Translations under genes and position numbers: made by a program
Shown: in pieces, positions 24,228-34,500 of the stretch
How positions within the stretch are numbered: position 1 is the stretch's first letter
Layout of the letters: every line of letters begins with the position of its first letter
DNA from: Flectonema sp. DT1601
Taxonomy: Eukaryota
Assembly: GCA_964019425.1 (NCBI GenBank)
Contig: OZ025794.1
Coordinates: 620,001 to 684,000, forward strand
Reading direction: 5' to 3'
DNA: 64,000 nucleotides
Notes under the pieces: generated by a model
Seen by the model: the letters and a program-made list of their open reading frames with translations, nothing else
What the model was told of the DNA's origin: nothing
Database searches by the model: none

Positions 24228-26930
24228 ATGTTAGGGATACTTATCTTGGCTTGCATCCAGCAAGCAGTCGGTAATGTACTGCTACCTGAGATGCACATTT
24301 GGGCCGAGAGAAGTAACACAGTTTACCTTGAGTGTAATAGTAAATGGTTAGGTTCATATGTAATGAGTGCTGAGATGACTAATAAAGTAGATGAGTTAGC
24401 GATTGACGTTTCTACTGGTATTGTTCAGTTGGCGTTACCTGGGCAAGCAGTGCAGTATTCGACTTATGGAGATTTCTACTACGTGGGTAATTTAGCTGTT
24501 ATTGATGCTGAGGATCCAATTCATACGAAGGTTTCAAGATCATCATCGTTGTCGCCTGAATATGTTTACTTTAACAGCGCTGTTTATGAACACTTCCTCA
24601 TATCGGTAGACACTCCGGATGATGCGCATTATAATATTTCTGTTTTCGATATTTCATCTCCGCTAGATCCTAAGCTTCTCATTACAGAACCAAGTCTAAG
24701 CAAGCTAACAGATCCTATAGTAAAGTTAGACTTCCCTAAATCAGCATTTTGTGTTTCAACACCATACTCAATAGAGGGATATAATTACAATATTTCTACG
24801 AATGAAATTACCGCTGGGGGATACTTAAATGTTACAAAACCGTCTCTGTTGTTTACTAATGATTCATTTCTTTACGTCTCGTATGGATGTCAAAACATAC
24901 CAACGGACTTTACTTCTGGGATTGACATCGTCACTTTTGCTGATTTGAAAAACCCTTTGAAAGTTCATAAAATTGAATCGGATTTATCAGTTTGTGGTAT
25001 TTACATTCGAAATGAATATCTGTTTGTTGTGGGTGTTGATTCTAATGGGAAAGGTTTTCTTCAGTCATATAATATGTCAGAAATCGCTAATCCAAAAGCT
25101 CTCTCAAGAGTCTCATCCTGCGGATTTTCACAACCGAAAGTCTACAAAGACCAAATGGTCATTCCCTGTGATAACAAAGTCTCTTCTTTTAATATAAGTA
25201 ACCCTCACAACATTATCCCACTTGGTGAGACAGTATTACCCATCAGACACGGTCTGTGGTATCCTACGAATGACAAATCAAATGACAGCAAGACGACGTC
25301 AATAGTTTCTAATACGGGATCAGGAATATCAATTCTTGGTATGTGTGGTGTTAAGGTATCCGTCAACGCAACGATTTCTGGAAATTATAACATCGAATTG
25401 TTAGCAACTGATGAGAATGGTAATAATCTAACAGCAGTACTTCCTGTTGTTGTTGAGTGGTTGCCTCCAATAATTTCGATACCAACACCTCCGATAACTC
25501 TTGCTTGGGAACAGTCTTTTCGACTATTTGTATTGGCTGCCTTTTTCCAAGACCCATATAGCAAACTTATTGAAATCTCACTTCACAACTCTTCAGCTGT
25601 TCCGACATGGGTGGAAACAACTTCTGTTGGAATTAGCGATCCAGCTGTAGTAGGTGAAATCTCACCGAAAGCAATTAGTAGTACTCCGATTGCATTAGCA
25701 GTTAAAGCGTACGCAAATACAGTAAACCCACGTCTTTATGTATGCAACAAAGATGGATATGTTAACCTAAACACATCATTATCTTCAGCAATAATCCCTG
25801 AGATGATAATGAAAAGGGGTACTCACAAAACCATGGCAGACATTAGAAGACCTGCGGCAGTTATGTATTCTCAATTCGTTTATATTGCAACTGATAATCA
25901 TCTTTGGGTGGAAGGAGGAGATATCCCAAATGGGTATTTTCCATCTGAAGTCACTGTGCTCTTGGGACCTGAGGGTACAACTGCAGACCATTTTGTTGTC
26001 TTCACAACTACTGGAGTATACAAGGCGCCGTATAATGGAAAGCTTGAGGGACCTTATCTGACTTCGTTAAACACTTCCGTGGATGCCGTTCGAAATGGTG
26101 AATCTATTTATTGTTTAGCAGAAACAGACTCTGGTCTTGATCTTGTTATATTCGACCCCAACAGTGTTGTGATTAATCACACTATACCTCTACCAGACTT
26201 TGTACGGAACTCAACAAGTATTGCAGCAAAGGATAATGTCATAGTCTTATCAGATGGGGTAGATCTGCATTACTTTACGGTTGACGTGATTACTAATGAA
26301 GTGATATTTGAATCGACATTAGAGAATAAAAGATTTTCTACCATGGTATTCGATCTGGCTCACCATCTGTTGTATGGAATTACGATGGATAATAAAGTAG
26401 AAGTTATTACAAACATTGATGGATTGATGTTTACAGGAAGCGGAAGTGTTGGTGATGATGTTGACGTTATGGTTGAAATCAGTAATCTGCATAATTCAAC
26501 TGTTGAGCAAATTAATTTCGAGTTGAGCGGTGAGACGCCGGTTCCCCCAACTGCTATTCCAACTACTATTCCAACTTCAGTACCAACTTCAGTACCAACT
26601 TCAGTACCAACTTCAGTACCAACTTCAGTACCAACACCACTTCCACCTACTCCGCTTCCTTCTACTGATGTTCCGACAACACCATTTCCGCCGACTCCGC
26701 TTCCTTCAACTAACGTTCCCTCTACTTTAGTACCAACTGACATCCCAGAGACGAAGTCATCTGACTCCGATAAAAAAACCATCATCATCATCATCATTAT
26801 CGCTGTGGCTATTATTATTTTCATAATTGTTGCAGCAGTTGTTGTCAAGCGTCGTCGCAAGCCCGCTGAAGATGCTGAATTTCCTCTTTTTTCAGTAAAT
26901 CCTGCCGCTCCTATTGAACAGGCGGAGTAG
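24228..26930 (+). CDS. Type I membrane LVIVD/Ig protein (copy 2)
   Basis: Paralogue of 19830-22520 with one extra PTSV unit and S->T and R->K substitutions. Confidence 0.85.
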   Translation: MLGILILACIQQAVGNVLLPEMHIWAERSNTVYLECNSKWLGSYVMSAEMTNKVDELAIDVSTGIVQLALPGQAVQYSTYGDFYYVGNLAVIDAEDPIHTKVSRSSSLSPEYVYFNSAVYEHFLISVDTPDDAHYNISVFDISSPLDPKLLITEPSLSKLTDPIVKLDFPKSAFCVSTPYSIEGYNYNISTNEITAGGYLNVTKPSLLFTNDSFLYVSYGCQNIPTDFTSGIDIVTFADLKNPLKVHKIESDLSVCGIYIRNEYLFVVGVDSNGKGFLQSYNMSEIANPKALSRVSSCGFSQPKVYKDQMVIPCDNKVSSFNISNPHNIIPLGETVLPIRHGLWYPTNDKSNDSKTTSIVSNTGSGISILGMCGVKVSVNATISGNYNIELLATDENGNNLTAVLPVVVEWLPPIISIPTPPITLAWEQSFRLFVLAAFFQDPYSKLIEISLHNSSAVPTWVETTSVGISDPAVVGEISPKAISSTPIALAVKAYANTVNPRLYVCNKDGYVNLNTSLSSAIIPEMIMKRGTHKTMADIRRPAAVMYSQFVYIATDNHLWVEGGDIPNGYFPSEVTVLLGPEGTTADHFVVFTTTGVYKAPYNGKLEGPYLTSLNTSVDAVRNGESIYCLAETDSGLDLVIFDPNSVVINHTIPLPDFVRNSTSIAAKDNVIVLSDGVDLHYFTVDVITNEVIFESTLENKRFSTMVFDLAHHLLYGITMDNKVEVITNIDGLMFTGSGSVGDDVDVMVEISNLHNSTVEQINFELSGETPVPPTAIPTTIPTSVPTSVPTSVPTSVPTSVPTPLPPTPLPSTDVPTTPFPPTPLPSTNVPSTLVPTDIPETKSSDSDKKTIIIIIIIAVAIIIFIIVAAVVVKRRRKPAEDAEFPLFSVNPAAPIEQAE
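26547..26630 (+). repeat. 12-bp coding tandem repeat x7
   Basis: One unit more than in copy 1. Confidence 0.95.
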
Positions 26931-27920
26931 TTGAAAGGATCTTCATAACACGTCTTAGCTTTAAGTTGAGGTGATGATTTTATTTTTACTTTTCTTCCTA
27001 TCCTTGTGGTACTTGGCATAGTTTAGGTCGACCTACCCGTTGACACCGATTGCTAAGATGTTGTCCACAATTACTATTTAGCCGGAGTTTTGTGAAGTTT
27101 GAAGAACAGCAGTTCTACCAAGCTTATTGTTTTTGTTTTGTTTGATGTGTGGTGGTACTCTGAATAAATTAATTCACTTCCTCAAGACACATGTTTTGTT
27201 GATTACCAAAGAGAAACTACTCACACAGTGTCTTCACATTGTCCTTACTTTCTTCTGCACTGTTATATTGATATCAGGAAAAGGGTGCGAACGTGCAAAC
27301 ACAGCTTGACTAGCTTGGTGGGCTGACATCTTACTAAGTAAAAAAGAAATAGTTTGACTGTGTCCTGTTTGTTGATGGTTGACTATTGAATTGTTATCTA
27401 TTACTTAACTAACTAAACTAAACTATTACTACCTTACTTTAGTAGTGATCATTCTCACCTTATGTGAAGTGATTGTAGTCTCCTCTGCTAGCACGCTAAC
27501 ACGCGCACACGAAACAGTCTCAGCATTGTGAAACAACGATAACCTTTATGATATCTTGTATCTCTACTTTGCTCTTTGTTCCTCTCACCTAACTTCAACA
27601 AATTGAATTATCATAGCAACGGTGTGTGTCGTGTGGTTCCTCCGCTGCAACATTAGTATTTTTTCCTGTTATTTATTTATTGCCCCCGTCTCCACCTTTC
27701 CCCTGATCATTTCTTTTTTATTTGTTGTTTTCAACCTGTTAGTTTCTGGACAAGGTGGACCAGTTCTAGACTTGCTCGAGTATTAACAAAGTAGGGTACG
27801 TTTTTATTTTATTTTTGAGTTCACTTTTACTTTCTCTAATCTTACTTTACTATGAAATAAATAAATTATTATTATTTCAAACTTTTCGATTACAAAAAAT
27901 GACGAATTGAAGAGATTGCT

Positions 27921-28199
27921 GAGGACTCAGCCGAACCAACTATTTCAAAAGATGTTTGGATTACTTGCTCACACTTTATGTGGAGACATTATTTCGGTGA
28001 TACGGAGGCTTTATTGAAAGCAACTTTCTTAGTATTGTCTCAACGAGCTGCTGACTGTGGAGATTCATTTGTTATCACACGTGCAGATCTTCATGTACTT
28101 CTTTCAGGTTATCGAATAGGAAAACATTCTTCTCCTGTTGTCACTACTGCTGTTGAGCGTCTTATTACTTCGATGGAGTGGGATGATGATTCAACAGAC
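27921..28199 (+). pseudogene. Internal fragment of gene 18232-19551 (third copy, with a 3-bp deletion)
   Basis: Matches from 19111 up to the DDDST codons, then breaks off. Confidence 0.85.
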
Positions 28200-28451
28200 G
28201 TTGCACACGAAACAGCCTCAACATTGTGAAACAAAAATAACCTTTACCATAATATCTTGTATCTCTACTTTGTGCTTTGTTCCTCTCTGATATTTTCAGT
28301 TTTCCAACACAAAATGATGAATAAAATCCAAAAGAGTGAGGACAACCTGCAGGTCAATATTCAACTCTCATTTTGCTTTTCTCTCTGTGTTTATGTATTC
28401 CGCCAAGAGAAGCATAAATATTTTTTACTCTTTATCAGCAATCAAGGAAAG

Positions 28452-29573
28452 ATGTTCGCACTTTCTAGATCCCTGCGATGTGCCGAAGTTTGGAAAATTG
28501 CTCTCGATACTCCTCTGTACCAGGCATTAGGTTGTGGAAATAAAACAAGGTTCATGGTGAAGGAGGGGAATCACATGTTCTCAGAACCTTCAAAGTTCCT
28601 TCATCATGTAAAAAAGATAAAGGAGTCATTGAAACACGAGAATGATATTTGTTTAGAGGCTGCCTGCAGAAGATTAGCAGTAAGAAAGACGTCAACTTCT
28701 TCTGCAACAGGGTATGAAGGAAGGAGGACCAGCCCGCCAATAACCAAGAAAAACACAACGTCTGAACCGCCAATAACCAAGAAAAACACAACGTCTGAAC
28801 CGCCAATAACCAAGAAAAACACAACGTCTGAACCGCCAATAACCAAGAAAAATACAACGTCTGAATCACCAAATGGAAATGTATTATATACCATCGACAG
28901 CGATGAGTTAAAACTGGAACTGATTAATACAAAAAATGGTGACCTTCCTTGTCTGACTTACATAAATTCTGAAGCAAGGCCTGCAATAACAACAGCAACA
29001 GGAACAACAGAAATCAAAACACTCCTGAGAAAACTTTCTCCAAAGTTGGAAACGGGTAACTTATCGATAGAAGCGTCAAAGTTAATAAGGCTAGTTGGAA
29101 TCTATATTCCTGACGTGCCCAGACCTAACTACACCATGAGAGGAGCTTTTAGTATTATGTCACGAAAGCACCATCAGGGAACTGAGGGAGATGTTGCTGT
29201 TCCTGTAGTTGACGAGCAACAAGCTGATCTCACGATGAAATTATTTAAAAAGAATCTCGGAGTAAGATACATAACTGGTTCCGACGTGGAGCGTAAAAAA
29301 CTTTTTGTAATCACTCATACGAGAGAACATGAAGTCCAACAACGGAATCGATCCAAATACGCAGCAGATACACGAGTCCCGTTCAAATACTTTAAGAAAG
29401 ATAAACCATTTCTAGTTAAGAATGATGTTAACGACTATTCTATTAAATTTCGTCGTGCGAAGTTCTCCTTAACGGAATTTATCCTCATCACCGACTCCAA
29501 GGGTTACGATATGTTTACCTTTGTACGAGATGCTAGGTCATTGTACGCAGAAATTTGTGTTGGGACAAAATAA
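28452..29573 (+). CDS. Hypothetical basic protein with an 11-aa repeat and a possible mitochondrial presequence
   Basis: First plausible ATG gives MFALSRSLRC; contains PPITKKNTTSE x4. Confidence 0.7.
   Translation: MFALSRSLRCAEVWKIALDTPLYQALGCGNKTRFMVKEGNHMFSEPSKFLHHVKKIKESLKHENDICLEAACRRLAVRKTSTSSATGYEGRRTSPPITKKNTTSEPPITKKNTTSEPPITKKNTTSEPPITKKNTTSESPNGNVLYTIDSDELKLELINTKNGDLPCLTYINSEARPAITTATGTTEIKTLLRKLSPKLETGNLSIEASKLIRLVGIYIPDVPRPNYTMRGAFSIMSRKHHQGTEGDVAVPVVDEQQADLTMKLFKKNLGVRYITGSDVERKKLFVITHTREHEVQQRNRSKYAADTRVPFKYFKKDKPFLVKNDVNDYSIKFRRAKFSLTEFILITDSKGYDMFTFVRDARSLYAEICVGTK
28734..28865 (+). repeat. 33-bp coding tandem repeat x4
   Basis: CCGCCAATAACCAAGAAAAACACAACGTCTGAA units. Confidence 0.95.
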
Positions 29574-30036
29574 TCAAAAATGACTAAACATGGAAACATA
29601 GACACATGCAGTATCGTTTTACTTTTTAGAATGAATAAATATAAAATAGAAAGGTGATCCTTTCTTGTGATGTATTCTTGGTTCGTCTTTAGTTTAGAAA
29701 CTATCAACTATTTTGTCTTTCGTAAGAGCAAAAGACAAAAATACTTCCCGTGATTTGAATTGAGAAAACGGAAACCGGGACAAAAATGAATAGTAAAACA
29801 TCACGTTCTTGACAGGGAATGAGAGCCTTAATGCGAAACTCAATATGTGAAATGTTTGGAAGATATTTTCTTATTTTGAATCGTTTGTGCTTCTTGGGTA
29901 GACATTGTAGCGCGTAGCGCAACAAACTTCATCCCATCCTCAACTCAAGTATCAGTTCAAGCAGCACTGGATGAATATCGCTTTTTTGTTAATATTTCTT
30001 TTTGCCAGAAACTTTTGTCTAAAAAAAAGTAAAAAT

Positions 30037-31203
30037 ATGAACAAACCTCGATATGTTATATCTAACATTCCAGACAAGGGAACTTCACTAACAGCAACCA
30101 GAACTATTTCGGATGGCGTAATATTAAATGAAGAACCTGTCTCTCATGCAAGTACACAAGTAGAAAACACATGTGACTCATGTCTTGCTGTAGATCAAAC
30201 CGGGAAGGAATATCAGCGATGTTCTGGTTGTAAGTTTGTTAGCTATTGTAGTGAGAAGTGTCAAGTAAAAGCATGGAAAAAATGGCATAAACATGAGTGT
30301 AAAGTATTCAAGCACTTACTTGAACAGGGAAAGACTCCAACACCAACTCTTGTACTAACTCACAGAACAATCGTTGCACAGGCTAATGGAACTGGTGATG
30401 TAGTCGATAAGCTAGTTGATCACACGGGAAATTTATCAACTCAAAAACGGGACATGTATTTTCAATTAGGTTGTTTGCTTGCTGAAATGTTAGGTCTCAC
30501 GAAGGGATTTCGCGGCAATAAAAACCATCCATACACCAGCATGGAATCCGTTTTAAATTTATTTGCTAAATTAGAATGCAACAGCTTCAGCATAACCGAC
30601 GGTGACCTGTCAACAGTTGGATACGGTCTTTATAGTGACAGCTGTTTTATTAATCACAGCTGTGAACCGAATGCTGTCGTAGCATATAATGGTGCAGCTT
30701 TAGCCCTGATGCCAATTAGAGACATTCGTCCTGAAGAGGAAATCTTAATTTCGTACATAGAGTTGGCTCAGCTAACATCGGATAGACAGAATGAACTCAG
30801 TGAACGGTACAATTTTACTTGCAGTTGTAAAAGGTGTTCATCAACTGGAGCAGAGTTAGAAAAACGTTTAAACCCATCTGTATTAATTGCAGCTAATAAT
30901 AAAGCAGACGAACTAATCGGTTCAGGCGACTACCAGCAAGCACTGCAACGTTGTGTTGAGGTTCTTCCTTACCTCAGTCTTTACGGTGATGATCAGATCC
31001 ATCCTTCTGTTGGAATGCACTTTTTCAACATCGCTAAACTAAGTTGGAGATTAGAAGACACTCGCAATACTTATGAATTTGGTATGAAAGCTGTGCAGAT
31101 ATTTAAAAAGACTCTCTGTCCTGATTCGTCGTCACTGAGATCAGCTGCAGCCCTGACTGCAGAGGCACATCAATTCCTGTTGAGAGAAGTTAAGAATTTA
31201 TAA
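30037..31203 (+). CDS. SMYD-family (SET and MYND) lysine methyltransferase
   Basis: Split SET domain (DKGTSLTATRTI; CFINHSCEPNA; EEILISYIE), MYND finger (CDSC...CSGCKFVSYCSEKCQVKAWKKWHKHEC), post-SET FTCSCKRC and a TPR-like C-terminus. Start MNKPRY follows a pyrimidine-rich AG. Confidence 0.93.
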   Translation: MNKPRYVISNIPDKGTSLTATRTISDGVILNEEPVSHASTQVENTCDSCLAVDQTGKEYQRCSGCKFVSYCSEKCQVKAWKKWHKHECKVFKHLLEQGKTPTPTLVLTHRTIVAQANGTGDVVDKLVDHTGNLSTQKRDMYFQLGCLLAEMLGLTKGFRGNKNHPYTSMESVLNLFAKLECNSFSITDGDLSTVGYGLYSDSCFINHSCEPNAVVAYNGAALALMPIRDIRPEEEILISYIELAQLTSDRQNELSERYNFTCSCKRCSSTGAELEKRLNPSVLIAANNKADELIGSGDYQQALQRCVEVLPYLSLYGDDQIHPSVGMHFFNIAKLSWRLEDTRNTYEFGMKAVQIFKKTLCPDSSSLRSAAALTAEAHQFLLREVKNL

Positions 31204-31507
31204 TAAAAACTCTCAAAATCCTTCGAGGAATTCATTGAAATCGCAGAGGGTTGCACAGTGAAATTCTGCCAAATTTGACAGAGCCGTTAAGTTATTCTAC
31301 CCCATTCCTGCTTTTGGGTTTTCTCATAGTTTATCATACGAAGTTAATGAGCACACAATGCGTCATTTATTTTGAAGTATTTGTCTTGTCAATGTATTAC
31401 GTCTTGTTCCCCCAACAGAAGTGGATGTGATGTCGAGATCCATTCGTTTGATATTTATTCTTATAATAATAAGTTGATTACTTCCTTCGAACAGATTACT
31501 AATATGA

Positions 31508-34500
31508 ATGCTGGTGTACTTCCAAAACACTCTTCTGGTTGCTTTCAGCTACTTGTTAGTTGTCCAGGCAGCCCCACCGACATTTCAGCAAGTGCAGCAA
31601 CTGACTGTTGATGAGGGAACTTTGGGGACTCAGTCAGTTGGGAACTTTATTTTTAATCTCCTCGATGGAGATAATGGTTTAGATGGATTCACTGGATCGA
31701 TTGCTGATGCACAAGTTGTGAATATTGCTCCGAATTCAGATTTTTTTACCGTAATCCCAGCTGTCACACCTCCTGCTAGAAACTGCGATCCAGCTCCTGG
31801 CTGTTCTCTTACTTTGACATACCAACTGGCGCAGTTTGCTTCTGGCGTTGTTACATTTCAGATTCAAATTAATGATGCGGCTTTGGAACCTGGTCCTCTT
31901 ATTCAAACAACACTTACAGTAAGAGAGATTAATAATGCTCCAATACCTGGTTTGGCAACCTCTCTAGGAACTGCTGGTAATCCCGTCACGACTGCTGAAA
32001 ACTCTGGAGCTGTGATAGGAATTCAAGTACTGGCTGTTCCAATACCACCTGGTCCACCACGAACAATTCAAGGACCTGCTCCATTTGGTAATGAAGCAGG
32101 TCAGATCGTAATGAGTATTTCATGTGTTGCTGATAGACCGAATTTATTTGCAGCGATGAATGGACCAGATATAAACCCAACAACAGGTTTGCTTTCATTT
32201 ACTCCTCAGAGAGGAAGAGTTGGAATAACAACAATCTCGTGTGATGTGAGAGATTCCGCAGACGATCCAACAACAACAGCAGATAACGGATCTATTCAAT
32301 TTGTTATTCAAATTATCGCTGGGCAAGATTGCGCTGATGGAGAGGTTGGTGCACTTGCGTGTGATGGGACGTTGCAAACCTGTTCTGACGACGGTCTTCC
32401 TCATGGAGATGATCTTTTAAATAATAATTTCGTTTGCGTCTGCAATAACGGCGGGCAAACATCCCTCCGCCAGGCTGCTCAGTTTTGTGACGACTGTTTC
32501 GCTGGTGCGGCAGGTGCTATCTCTTGTGCAGATGCAACGATACCAGCTCGTTGGCATTGCGTCGACCCTGACCCTAGTCCTGGAGCACAGGGAAATTTTT
32601 TGTGTAACTGCACTAACAATGGAGGAGTTGGAACACCACCAGCTACTTGTGATGATTGTTTAGTTGGAGCTATTGGAACTTTCTTATGTGGACCAACTGC
32701 TTATTGTATTGATCCAGACTTTGGAGATCCCCTTCAACAACGGAACTATCAATGTGTTTGTAATAACAACGCAAACAGAGGAACTCCCTCTGCTAACACT
32801 CCTCCTACTTCATGTGATGACTGTCAATCAGCACCATGTGGGAATGGTCAAACTTGTATGGATCCAGATGCTGGATTACCAGCTCAACAATTTAATTATA
32901 TCTGCACATGTTTAAATGGAGGAGGATCTGCTACAGGAACACCAGCTACTACCTGCAATGATTGTTCTGCGATGCCAAATGTTTGTGGTGTTGGTCAATC
33001 ATGTACTGATACGAATCCAGGTTCGGGATCACAAGGTGACTTCGTATGCAGCTGTGATAATAATAACGGAGTCACAGCTGTTGGTGGTCGAGTTCCTTTT
33101 TGTGATGATTGCAGTGCATCTCCTTGTGGAGACCCAACTCAGCAAGTCTGTTTTGATCCGAATCCAATCTCAGGATCATATCTTGACTTCACTTGTACCT
33201 GTAATAATGGAATAAATTATGGAGTTTTACCAATTGGTCAACAGGTAGGAAGTATCGCAATCTGTCCTCGACCTCCAACATTCACACCTGGGGTTACTAT
33301 CATTAGAGTTTCTGAAGAGTTGAGTCGAGAGTTTCTAAACAACGGAATGATCTGGACAGCAGGACCAGGAATCGTATCTGGTTATAATAGATTATGGGCT
33401 ACTGTAATCTCTGATGCAGAAGGTCTCAATGGAATTGACAGTATGACGCAATCTCGTGAATTTCGATTGCGATTCTTATCTGGAAGTAGTTTCGGTTCCA
33501 GTACGAACGCAACAGACATGTTCCTACCTGGTGCACCTCCTTTTGTTGATAGCAGTGGGCGATTATCATTTAATCTTCGTCATAATGCTTGGGGAATAGC
33601 GACATACTCTGTTGTGTTAGTTGATAGTGGAGAGCCATCAAGGTTTACTGGAAATCAGAATTCTATTTGTGAAAACAGTGATATCTGGTGTACTTCTGCC
33701 AGGATTGCAACTCTAACAATAGAAGTAGTTCCAGAGAATGATCCTCCGTCATTTAATTGTACTAATCAAACGATAACTGTTTTTGAAAACTCTGGTCCTA
33801 TTAATCTACAGCAGTGGGCTGTTAATGTGTCAGCTGGTCAGTTTGAAGATGCTAATTTACAAGGTTTAGAATTCAAAGTGTACAACGATAATCCTGGTTT
33901 ATTTGCTAACCAACCTCATGTTGATCATGACGGTGTCAGTACGACAGCAGATTTAAGGTTTGAACCTTTACTTAATGCTGAGGGTGAAGCAAATGTTGTA
34001 ATTGAACTTTGGGACTCTGGTCAAGATGTTGATGGTTCAGTTCGTAGGCAATCCGCTACCTGTAATACGATTAGAATAGTTGTGTTGGATGTCAATCAGA
34101 TTCCAACATTTTCTAATCAAGGTGACGTTACTGTTCTTGAAGACGCTCCAAGATCAACTATTGCGAAGTGGGCTCGAGAAATATCAGCTGGAGCTTGGGA
34201 TGGATCCAGGGGTAACCAAGCACCAAATGATGCTTCTAGGAATGTTTGGTTTAGATTGGTATATCAAAATGCTACGAAAGATTCTCGCAAGTTACGTGAA
34301 CTCCCAACCATTCATCCTGTCACTGGCGATCTAACTGTTTGGCCAACAGCAGATGAGAACACTGCTCTTCCTGATGGACCGATCCTATTTAATGTAACAC
34401 TTGTTGATTCACTTGGAAGGGAATCAATAATTCATACTTTAACACTTCATATTACTCCTATTGATGATCCTAGTACATTCTTATCAGGTCTACCAAGGAT

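Larger units (their letters stand above)
19111..28199 (+). repeat. Recent tandem segmental duplication: two ~4.4-kb units plus a ~280-bp partial third
   Basis: GAGGACTCAGCCGAACC starts at 19111, 23511 and 27921 (periods 4400 and 4410). The units are nearly identical. Confidence 0.97.
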
